NCBI GenBank assembly: GCA_963748805.1
Contig: CAVVLH010000006.1
Coordinates: 36,186-100,185, forward strand
Reading direction: 5' to 3'
From: an uncultured Alphaproteobacteria bacterium
GTDB taxonomy: Bacteria > Pseudomonadota > Alphaproteobacteria > Rhizobiales > Xanthobacteraceae
Length of the DNA: 64,000 nucleotides
A program made the translations under genes and the position numbers. Under the pieces are notes generated by a model. It was not told where the DNA came from and did no database searches. It was given only the letters and a program-made list of their open reading frames with translations. Below are positions 39,890 to 48,857 of the stretch, in pieces. Position 1 is the stretch's first letter, and each line of letters starts with the position of its first letter.

Positions 39890-40657
39890 ATGCGATACAA
39901 AATGCTGCTGCTCGCGAGCGCCGTCGGTGCCGTCCTTTGCACCACCGCTTGCCGGGCCACTGAGCTGAAACTGTTCACCGCCGGTGCATTCAAGTCGACC
40001 GTGATGGCGCTGCTACCTGAATATGAGAGGACCAGCGGCAACAAGGTGTCGGTCGAAAACGATACCGCCGGTGCGCTGATGAAGCGGATCAAGGCCGGCG
40101 AACGTTTCGATGTCGTCGTGATGACGCCTGAGGGAATTGACCAACTCGCTGGCGAGGGCAAGGTGATTTCCGGCAGCCGGACCGACCTCGCCCGCGTCGG
40201 CGTCGGCGTCATGGTGAAGACCGGCGCGAACAAGCCTGACATTTCCACCGTCGAAGCTTTCAAGAAGGCCGTGCTCGAGGCAAAGTCGGTCAGCTTCATC
40301 GATCCCGCCAGCGGCGGCTCCAGCGGCATCTATGTCGAGAAGCTGCTCGAGCGCCTTGGCATTTCGGATCAGGTCAAGCCGAAGGAAAAGCTCAAACAAG
40401 GCGGCTATGTCGCCGATTACGTCGAGTCCGGAGAGGCCGAGCTTGGAATTCACCAGATCAGCGAAATCTTGCCGCATGCCGGCGTCACCTTGGTCGGACC
40501 GCTGCCGAAGGAAATTCAAAACTACACCGTGTATGCCGCCGGCATCGGAGCAGGAACCAAAGACGGCGATGACGCCAAAGCATTGATCGCTTCGCTGGTT
40601 GGCCCATCGGCCCAGGCATTGTTTAAATCGAAAGGCATGGAGCCGGCCGCCAACTAG
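39890..40657 (+). CDS. ModA-like periplasmic substrate-binding protein (orphan)
   Basis: AGGAG RBS, signal peptide, DP..GGSSG.Y, G.AELG..QISE, GPLP.EIQ.YT.Y.AG. Confidence 0.82.
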   Translation: MRYKMLLLASAVGAVLCTTACRATELKLFTAGAFKSTVMALLPEYERTSGNKVSVENDTAGALMKRIKAGERFDVVVMTPEGIDQLAGEGKVISGSRTDLARVGVGVMVKTGANKPDISTVEAFKKAVLEAKSVSFIDPASGGSSGIYVEKLLERLGISDQVKPKEKLKQGGYVADYVESGEAELGIHQISEILPHAGVTLVGPLPKEIQNYTVYAAGIGAGTKDGDDAKALIASLVGPSAQALFKSKGMEPAAN

Positions 40658-40703
40658 GCCGCCGAAGGGCTGTTAAGTGATCCACCGGAAAGCTTTCAAA
40701 ATC

Positions 40704-41615
40704 ATGCGCAAAGCGTTGACCGCACTTTGGCCCTCCGGTTTGTGCGTGGTGCTCGTTTGTCTGGCGCAGACGGCATGGACGGCCGAAACTACGCCGGCGT
40801 GGCATGCTGATCTTGCCGAAATCCGCCAGGTCGCCGGGATGATCCCGGGGCCTCGGCCGCTGCGCGTCAACGTGGTCAAATTCGCCGAGAGCCGGCGCAC
40901 GAAGAATTTCGCGGTCAAGGGGCTGCCGGCCGAGCCGAGCGTGCAGGCGCGCACCGCCTATCAGATCGTTTATGCCGACGGCACCATCATGGTCGATACG
41001 GGCATGGATCTCGCCACCCATCGCTTCTTCGGCCGCGGCGTCGATGAGCCGTACTTTCCGGAAACCGAGGCGCGCGTGGCCTTCGCTTTGCAAAAAGCAA
41101 AGGCGATCATCGTCACCCATGAGCATGGCGACCACATTGCCGGCCTGATCAAGAGCCCGTCTTTCAACGAACTCGCGCCGAAGACCGTGCTGACGCGCGC
41201 GCAACTGGAGACGCTGCTTGGCGAGCCACAGATGCCGGAGCTGCGGCCGACGCCCGAGATGGCGTCGCGCCTTCGGGTGATCGACTACACCAACACGATG
41301 GCGTTTGCGCCGGGCATCGCGCTGATCAAGGCGCCCGGCCACACGCCGGGTTCGCAGATGGTCTATGTCGCCCTGCAATCGGGCAAGGAATTACTGCTGG
41401 CCGGCGATGTCGCCTGGCACATGGACGGCGTGCGCTTGAACAGAGGCAAGGACGCGCCGTGGATCAAGGAGCCGGCGGAGCTGATGGCCGCCGAGCTCGA
41501 CTGGCTCAACGGCCTCAGCCAAACCGGACACAACCTGTCGATCGTCATCAGCCACGATGAAGAGCAACGCCGCGCCTATATCGAGCAAGGCGTGCTCGGC
41601 GACGGATTCGAGTGA
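40704..41615 (+). CDS. Secreted metallo-beta-lactamase-fold hydrolase
   Basis: Signal peptide; VDTG, THEHGDH, APGHTPGS, LAGD, SHD. Confidence 0.9.
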   Translation: MRKALTALWPSGLCVVLVCLAQTAWTAETTPAWHADLAEIRQVAGMIPGPRPLRVNVVKFAESRRTKNFAVKGLPAEPSVQARTAYQIVYADGTIMVDTGMDLATHRFFGRGVDEPYFPETEARVAFALQKAKAIIVTHEHGDHIAGLIKSPSFNELAPKTVLTRAQLETLLGEPQMPELRPTPEMASRLRVIDYTNTMAFAPGIALIKAPGHTPGSQMVYVALQSGKELLLAGDVAWHMDGVRLNRGKDAPWIKEPAELMAAELDWLNGLSQTGHNLSIVISHDEEQRRAYIEQGVLGDGFE

Positions 41616-41686
41616 CACGTGACCGGCGCCCCGTCACGAGAGAAATGACAAGGGCGCCGTCGCTGCGGATGCGGTCGCGATGCCCC

Positions 41687-43769
41687 TCAGTGCCACATGT
41701 GCTCGAATTGATGATGGTGACCGAAGCCGTGATCGGAGAACTCGTTGCCTCCGGTCTCCACGATGGGCGGAGTTCCATTGCTCCCCTGGCCCGCCGGCGC
41801 CGCCGTTGCCGGCACCACATGCCCCACCGTTACCTGCACCGTTGCCACCAGCCGCGCTGCCGGAGTTACCGCTGATCGCCGCCGTCAACGTCGCGACGGC
41901 CGCGCTGATCGCGCTCGAATGACCGCCCTCCAGGGCCTGCACCAGACTGGCGATATCGCCGGCGATCGCACTCGAAAGCGCTGACGTCGAAGTACCCCCT
42001 GAAATCGGTCCCGGAACCGGAGCCGCCAGAACCGGAGCCGCCGGCCGTGTGACCGGCATTCGGATCCGGATTCGAGACCCCAAAACCGTTATTGGCCAAT
42101 CCGTCGACCGGATTTGCCGTTGGGTTATCGTTACCATCAACCGCGCCGGAAACGGGAACGGTGGTGCCCGCGGTAGCGGCGCCTGTCGTGGTGGCACCCG
42201 CGACAGTCGTCGCAGTGCCCACGAATGAGCCGCCTCCGGTCGGCAAATTGTTGCCTGAGACGTCATTGGCGTCGGCGACAAATCCAACTCCCGCCGCGAC
42301 CAGCTGAGCTGCGTTGGTTGCGTTCAGACCGTTGGCCTCGACGCTTTGCAGCGCGGACACCGCATTCGCGGTATCCGTCTTGAGCGTGCCAGATAGCAAT
42401 TCATTGTCGAACCGGTCACCGAAGACCCCGCCTTGCGAACCGGTGAAGCTCGCCCCAAACTCGTTGTAATTATTGATCTGAGTGATCAGCGACTGGACCT
42501 CCGAAGCGGTCGGCTGAACCGTCCCGTTGGCAATACCGCCAAGCGTCGTGTTCAACTGATTGGCTTCCGCAATGAACTGTGACCAGAAATTGGTTTGAGC
42601 CTGGTTGTCCTGAAATTGCAGAATGGTGCCGCCGTGGTCGTTCACCCCGCCGATGCCGTTGAGATAGCCGGGCATCTCACCAAATCCGCCCGTACTCGCG
42701 CCGAACGTCTGATTTGGCTGCGCGCCGTTGTTGGCAACCGAAACATCGCCGGCCGCGGTCGCCAAGGCCGCATCGTTATTCACGATATCGACGATGTCGA
42801 GAATGTTGTCATTCGTCGATCGGGCGGCGTCGTTGGGATTGGTCGCATACATCGGGTCGAACTTGTTGATCTGAAGTTCAACCTGATTGAGCGCCGTTTC
42901 GAGATGAATCGTCGTCAGGGCCTGTTCCTGCTGAGCCGTCAGCGCCTGCCCTTGCGGAGACATGCCCGCCTGCTCATTCGCCTCGATGCCTGCGAGTGCC
43001 GTTGGACTGTTGAGGATGTTTGTAAGGCCCGTCACCACCGCCTGCATGTCGGTGTTGAACTCGGTGAGATTGTTCGCATTCAATCCCCCCACCTCGAGAT
43101 CGTGGGCAGCGTTGAAGACGGAACCGATCTGCGCAAGCGTCGGAGGCGCCGCGGCTGAACCCTCGGCCGATGCGGAGACTTCGCGGCTGAATCGCTTCCC
43201 GTCGGCAGCGCCTGGAACCCTACATTGGTAAAGCCGGTCCCGCTTTGATACGCCGCCCCGTTCAACGCGCTTGCCAGCGTGGCATCACCGTTCACCTCCG
43301 ACAGAATTTGCTGTTGAGTAAGCGCGATCGTTCCTTGCGCCGCTACCTCCGCCGCGCTGTTGCCAACCGACAGCGGCGCCTCATGCTGTAGCGTCGCCAA
43401 CTGACCCTGAATCGTCTGAAGTTCGGTAATCAAGGCCGGATCTGTAATCGCCTGACCGCCAACGGTAATTGCATTCGGATTCGCCAGCATCGCGCTGACA
43501 TCAGCCTGCACGGCGTTGACGTCTTGCAGATACATCGGCTCGTAGGGCTGTTCGTTGCTGCCGCTTGCCGCCTCGATCGCCGTCGAACCTGTCCAGAGCC
43601 CGCCATCGGAAAGGCGGACCGCGTCGTTGAAGACCGCGCCGGCCTGCGCCAGATCGGTCGACGTGTTCAAAGCGCTTTCAATCGTCGTCGCGTAGTTGTT
43701 GCCGACCTGGGTGATCGATACCCCATCCAGCCCTTCGGTATCCCGGATCGTCGTTGGAACTGTGATCAT
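41687..43769 (-). pseudogene. Large acidic helical/Gly-rich protein, probable T1SS substrate; three single-base indels (~43182, ~42002, ~41789)
   Basis: GAGAGG RBS; four consecutive frame segments join into one ~690-aa ORF ending DHGFGHHHQFEHMWH-TGA at 41687; no signal peptide; very few Lys/Arg. Confidence 0.75.
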
Positions 43770-44200
43770 GATGTCCTCTCTTACGCTGGCCCGCTGCCCC
43801 CGGTCAGCTTATGAAATACGTGAGATCAGGCGCATGGTGCCGGCAGGCCAAGCATCGCCTCGTAACAGCAAGCGCATTGTTTGCGGCGACTGTGTCAGGT
43901 TGGCGGCCTTGAGATGCCACAGCTCGGGTATTGTCTGGACGATAATGAACTGACAACGAAGCGTCTGCGAGCAAGCCGCTGCGCCCGGACATGCGACAAC
44001 GGTTCGCCGCCATCCTCGTGCCTCGAAATCACACTCACTCCGTCACCGATGTCACAATGCGGCGAAACAAACGTCACGGGGCGGGATGGAAATGTGCCTG
44101 CAAGGTTCGAAAAATAAGGCGGCGCCATCTGCCGGCTGCGCGAACGGACAATGTTCCGCTCGCGTCGGATTGTGGCAAATATCGAAATTACGAAAACGAT

Positions 44201-46117
44201 TTACTGCTCGACGAAAGCCCGGCGCATCTGATCGGCGATCGGCTTGAACAGATAGCTCATCATCGTCCTGCTCCGCGTCTGCATGAAAACTTCGGCAGGC
44301 ATTCCAGGCACGAGCTGTTGACCGGCGAGTCGCCGGCGTTCCTGGTCCGACAGGACAACTCTCACCGTAAAGTAAGGCGCGTTGGTCTGCTGGTCACGGC
44401 TCGTGTCGGCCGAAACATAGGAGACGGAGCCGGTGAGTTGCGGCGTCACGCGCTGATTGAAAGCCGAAAACCGGACAAAGGCCGATTGGCCGGTGCGCAC
44501 CTGGTCGATGTCCTTGGGCTGCAACCGCGCCTCGATCTGCAAGTCTTCGGTATCAGGAACGATTTCCATGATGGTATCGCCGGCGCGGATGACCCCGCCG
44601 ATGGTGTGCGCGGCAAGCTGGTGAACGATACCGGCCACCGGCGCGTGGATCTCGATGCGGTCGAGCAGGTCGCGCGCCGAAACGCTGCGTTCGACAAGTT
44701 CGGCCTCCTTGCCCTGGGCTTCGCCAAGCTCTTTCACGACATCGGTGCGAAAATCCTGATCGGCGCGGACCATCTGCAACTGAGTCTCGCCGATCTTCGA
44801 TTTCGTCTCGGCGATTGACGAGACGATCTGCCCGCGCTCGCCGTCGATCCGCGCGGATTCCCGCTGCAACGTCGTCAGCCGGGTCAGCGGAACCAGGTGC
44901 TTGTCATACAGCTCCTGCACGCCGGTCAGCTCGCCCGCAATCAGCTCCAGTTGCCTGGCCTTGGAATCAAGCTGGGCCTGTAAGCCCACGATCTCCTCGG
45001 TCAATTGCGCAACCTTGCCCTGCAACAGATCTTTCTGGCTTTGGCGCGCGGTCAGACGAGCCTTGAACAGCGAATCTTCCGACGCCAGCAGGCTTTTCAC
45101 TGTGTCGTTGCCCGATCGCGATGCGAGCCCCGCGGGAACTTCTATGCGAGCAAGACCATCGCGCTCGGCCACGAGACGAGCGATCTTCGCCCCCAACTCA
45201 TCGAGCTGCTTGCTCACCATTTGCAAGCCGGCACGCGCCTGGGTCGCGTCCAGCCGCAACAGCAGCTCGCCCGGCTGCACCCGGCTGCCATCCTGCACAC
45301 CGATTTCGGCGACAATGCCTCCGGTCGGATGCTGGATATTCTTGACATTCGATTGCACGACGAGATTGCCGGGAACGACGACCGCGCCTGCGAGCGGCAC
45401 GAACGCCGCCCACCCTCCACCCAGAATCCCGCCGACGAGGAGAACCCGCAGGCCGACGCGCAGTTCGTGTTCGAACGCCCATCGAACGCCCGTCTGCAAG
45501 CTGTCATCGGCCGCATCCGCAGGAGGCAAAGCGCCGTCACGATCGAGAATAAAGGCGGCGCCGGCCACCAGACCGTTACGGCACTGGCCGATCAGCTCCA
45601 TAACCGCCGCGTTGGGCTTCGGCGGGGCGGCGGATGCGACAATGCGCTCGCCTTCAATTTCGGACGGAGGCGAATCCTCGTGCGCGGTCATGTCTGGCGC
45701 GGGATGACGCAGATCCATATACACCGGATCGCTCTGGAAGATCGGCGGACTCTGCCCGTGCAGCGGCGGCACGGCCGACTCGACCGACGGATTGCTGCGG
45801 CTATCAGCCTGGACGGGAGGATTGATGCCAAACGACTTCAGGCAGATGTCAATCGCAAGCTTGACCGTGCTCTTTGGCTTTCGCCTCGGACGCAGCGGCT
45901 GTGGTTTGCGAGGCGCTTGACGTTTCCGCGCCTCACCGCGCCCGGACGGGCCGGCTGGACGCCGACCGTCGCCGCGCTCACCGTCGAGCGCCTGGCGCAA
46001 ACGCTGAAGTTCGAGGATGAGCGCCTCCCCCTGTGGTCCGACGCGGTCCACACCCGGCTCGCCACTCCCGTTCCGATCAGATCCGTCGAGATGTCGATGA
46101 TCCCTTGAGTACGGCAT
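44201..46117 (-). CDS. HlyD/PrtE family type I secretion membrane fusion protein with a long N-terminal extension
   Basis: GAVV.PG....SNVK.IQHPTGG.V, LLRLD.T, I.AP.AG.V, LVPGMPAEVF..T..RT..SY; ATG 2 bp after the ATPase stop. Confidence 0.92.
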   Translation of the reverse strand: MPYSRDHRHLDGSDRNGSGEPGVDRVGPQGEALILELQRLRQALDGERGDGRRPAGPSGRGEARKRQAPRKPQPLRPRRKPKSTVKLAIDICLKSFGINPPVQADSRSNPSVESAVPPLHGQSPPIFQSDPVYMDLRHPAPDMTAHEDSPPSEIEGERIVASAAPPKPNAAVMELIGQCRNGLVAGAAFILDRDGALPPADAADDSLQTGVRWAFEHELRVGLRVLLVGGILGGGWAAFVPLAGAVVVPGNLVVQSNVKNIQHPTGGIVAEIGVQDGSRVQPGELLLRLDATQARAGLQMVSKQLDELGAKIARLVAERDGLARIEVPAGLASRSGNDTVKSLLASEDSLFKARLTARQSQKDLLQGKVAQLTEEIVGLQAQLDSKARQLELIAGELTGVQELYDKHLVPLTRLTTLQRESARIDGERGQIVSSIAETKSKIGETQLQMVRADQDFRTDVVKELGEAQGKEAELVERSVSARDLLDRIEIHAPVAGIVHQLAAHTIGGVIRAGDTIMEIVPDTEDLQIEARLQPKDIDQVRTGQSAFVRFSAFNQRVTPQLTGSVSYVSADTSRDQQTNAPYFTVRVVLSDQERRRLAGQQLVPGMPAEVFMQTRSRTMMSYLFKPIADQMRRAFVEQ

Positions 46118-46119
46118 GA

Positions 46120-47940
46120 CTAGACACGCTCTGGCGCTGTGGCGTGGCGCGGAGCGGGGCCAGGCGCGGTGCGCGGCTGCGGCCGGACTGGCGCACTTTG
46201 CGTCCTGGAGCCACCGACGCGGGCAAACACCTCCTGGCACGAACCGAAGGCGATCGACTTTCCTTCGTAAAGCACGAGAGCCATGTCCAAGGCGGCAATC
46301 ACGCTTGGACGATGCGATATCACGATCACGATGCTCTTGTTCTGCCGCAGGATCTGAATGGCGCGGCTCAACGCGTTCTCGCCGTCGGTATCCAGATTGG
46401 CGTTGGGCTCGTCGAGCACGACCAGAAACGGATCGCCATAGACCGCGCGTGCCAGTCCTACTCTTTGCCGCTGGCCCGCCGACAGCGAAGAGCCGCTCTG
46501 ACCGATCTGGGTCGAATAGCCGTTGGGCAACCGCACGATGAGATCGTGCACGCCCGAGATCTGCGCCGCCTTTATAATCGCCTCTGAAGTCGCGCCCTCG
46601 TCGAAACGACAGATATTTTCGGCGATCGTACCGTCAAACAGAGCGACGTCTTGCGGCAAATAGCCGATATGCCGTCCGAGATCCTCGCTTCGCCACTGAT
46701 CGATCGCCGCGCCATCAAGTCGAACCGCCCCGCCCTTGGCCGGCCAAATTCCGACCAGCGCCTTGGAGAGCGAAGTCTTGCCGGATGCGCTGGCTCCGAG
46801 CAGGGCCAATCCCATGCCGGCCTTGAGCGAGAAGCTGACGCTCGAGACGATGGGCATGTCGGTAGCGGGTGCGGTAACCGTGAGCTGCTGGACCGCGAGT
46901 TCGCGGCACGGACGCGCCAGATGAACTGCCGGAACAGGAGGTCTCGCCGTTACCTTGCAAACCTCGCGCAGCCGCGCGATGCCCTGGCGTGCGGCGACAA
47001 GCTGCTTCCAGCTGGATAATGCGACCTCGACCGGCGCCAACGCCCGTCCCATCATGATCGACGAAGCGATCATGATGCCGCCGGAGGCGCTGTCGGTGAC
47101 CACCAGATACGCCCCCATCCCCAACATGCCGGATTGCAGGACATAACGCAGCACCTTGGCACCCGAGCCTAGATTGGCGAAGAGGTCGCTGGCGCGCATG
47201 TTTTCCCGCAGGTATCGCTCGTTCGATTGCGACCACCGCGCCTTGAATCGATCCGTCATGCCGAGCGCACGAATCACCTCGGCATTGCGCTGGATGGTGC
47301 CCAAGAGCTCCTGCCGCTGAGCGCTGGATTCTGTCGCGGACTTCGCCGCATCGCGCGACAGGCGCTCGGTCAGGAACATCATGGCCACGATGGACGCGGT
47401 CCCGATCAGCGCGGTGACGCCGATCGCGGGATGAAACAGAAACAGTCCAATCAGGAAAATGGGAATCCAGGGCATGTCCAGGAACGCCGTCGGCCCCATG
47501 CCCGACATGAAGGCACGAACCTGCTCGAGATCACGCGACGGCTGCTGCATCGCCGACGGTTTCACGCCGCGAAGCGGCAGCGTCACCAACGCATTGTGGA
47601 TCGCCTCCTGAAGGCCGACATCGAAAAGCGTCGCCACACGGCACAACATGCGTGATCGCAGCGCTTCGAAATATCCCTGTATCAGGTAGGCCAGCAGCAC
47701 CATCAGCGAGAGACCCGACAGTGTTGCGAGATTCCGGCTCGGAATGACGCGGTCGTAGACCTGGAGCATGTAGAGAGAGCCGGACAGCATCAACAGATTG
47801 ATCACGCCGCTGAACGCGGCGATGCCGGTCATTCGTCGCGCGCTCTCCCGCAAACCGTGCAAGACCGGATCACCCGCCGCCGAGGCAGCCAGCAGACTGC
47901 GCGGGCCGAACCGTAACGTCTGTCGCAAACGATCCTGCAC
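46120..47940 (-). CDS. Type I secretion ABC permease/ATPase (PrtD/AprD type, no C39 domain)
   Basis: INLLML.GSLYMLQVYDRV, FLD.PW.P.F, GASASGKT, LSAGQRQR, VLDEPNANLD; GTG start with AAGGAG RBS. Confidence 0.94.
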   Translation of the reverse strand: MQDRLRQTLRFGPRSLLAASAAGDPVLHGLRESARRMTGIAAFSGVINLLMLSGSLYMLQVYDRVIPSRNLATLSGLSLMVLLAYLIQGYFEALRSRMLCRVATLFDVGLQEAIHNALVTLPLRGVKPSAMQQPSRDLEQVRAFMSGMGPTAFLDMPWIPIFLIGLFLFHPAIGVTALIGTASIVAMMFLTERLSRDAAKSATESSAQRQELLGTIQRNAEVIRALGMTDRFKARWSQSNERYLRENMRASDLFANLGSGAKVLRYVLQSGMLGMGAYLVVTDSASGGIMIASSIMMGRALAPVEVALSSWKQLVAARQGIARLREVCKVTARPPVPAVHLARPCRELAVQQLTVTAPATDMPIVSSVSFSLKAGMGLALLGASASGKTSLSKALVGIWPAKGGAVRLDGAAIDQWRSEDLGRHIGYLPQDVALFDGTIAENICRFDEGATSEAIIKAAQISGVHDLIVRLPNGYSTQIGQSGSSLSAGQRQRVGLARAVYGDPFLVVLDEPNANLDTDGENALSRAIQILRQNKSIVIVISHRPSVIAALDMALVLYEGKSIAFGSCQEVFARVGGSRTQSAPVRPQPRTAPGPAPRHATAPERV

Positions 47941-48062
47941 GGTGTTCCCCTCTCCTTCGTCTCCTCGTCGTGCGCCAGTCCAATTTTCTTTTGGCGACAG
48001 ATGCTGTCCATTTTCCGGCAGCAATTGGACCGTAGACAGTCGCTGCTGCGGCTTTCTGGCCG

Positions 48063-48231
48063 CGAGTGCCCACTTTCCGAAGTTCGTGCTCCATTGCGGC
48101 ACCCACCGTCACGAACTTCGGAAAGTCATGGGCACTCGTAAGCTTATTGATTCTAGTACCGCTTCATCGATCTGAAGTCCTTGATCGAATTCGCGGCTGG
48201 TGGTGCAGGGACTTCAGATCGGCGGTACTAG
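48063..48231. repeat. CTAG-bounded twin-hairpin composite element (hairpins 48063-48138 and 48153-48231)
   Basis: cgagtgccc-actttccgaagttcgtg/cacgaacttcggaaagt-cat-gggcactcg, a 14-bp core with GATTC, then ctagtaccgc..gatctgaagtcc/ggacttcagatc-ggcggtactag. Confidence 0.78.
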
Positions 48232-48857
48232 GATCGATCAAGCGGACCAACTCGAAGAGTTCACTTGTGGACACGCGCGGCTTTGCGCGGCACGAAGCTG
48301 CGGCAGGTGCGCCCAAACATGATGCAGCAAAGCTGCCGCGTGCCACGATCGAGGCCATAGAATCGTCCGGCTATCACCTTGCTTCAGCGCGCATTGGCCG
48401 CTGTCTCGGCCGATTGACGCCACGAAACTGAATAAACCTTTGTGTCGTTCCGCCGGCGGCGTTGATCGATTTCTCCCAGGCCGACGACGATACGGACAAC
48501 AAGGAAAAACAAGACAAGGAAAACAAAATGGAGCGCTTGGCGTACGAAGCGAATGCATCAGTTAGTATGAGGATCAGCAGGTAACCAACCACGCGCAGAT
48601 AGGCTCGTCGTTCGCAGCGGGGCGTCGCTGTCCGGACGATTCGACTGCGCGTCGACGAAAAGGAGACGATTTTATTCGCCGGCCAGGCGATCTCTGATTT
48701 TGGGGAACGGACAGTTGAGTAAGCGTCGCTATGGAACCGCAAAGCCGCGCCCGGAAAACTCCGGTGCAAGATCGCGCTGCGCACTTGCCCGGTGCGCGAA
48801 GGCCGCGCGCCGCAGCGGAATCGAAACTCGCCGCATTCATGAAAAGGGAGCGCGCGA

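Noticed and set aside
39890-40657. modA molybdate-binding protein of a mod operon
   Set aside because: No modB/modC nearby; only a ModA-like fold can be supported
40704-41615. Antibiotic-hydrolysing metallo-beta-lactamase
   Set aside because: THEHGDH-type motifs are shared across the whole superfamily; nothing specific to class B beta-lactamases
41687-43769. RTX toxin or adhesin; also separate small genes as in the ORF track
   Set aside because: No GGxGxDxUx nonapeptides; the fragments join into one coherent reading frame with a single RBS
46118-48102. Longer annotated starts for the T1SS ATPase (48102) and adaptor (46240)
   Set aside because: 48102 lies inside a palindromic repeat and 46240 overlaps the ATPase; GTG 47940 (with RBS) and ATG 46117 (2 bp after the ATPase stop) fit better
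48374-48784. 136-aa minus-strand ORF with a hydrophobic stretch
   Set aside because: No RBS or motif; hydrophobicity comes from the antisense of the A-rich repeat
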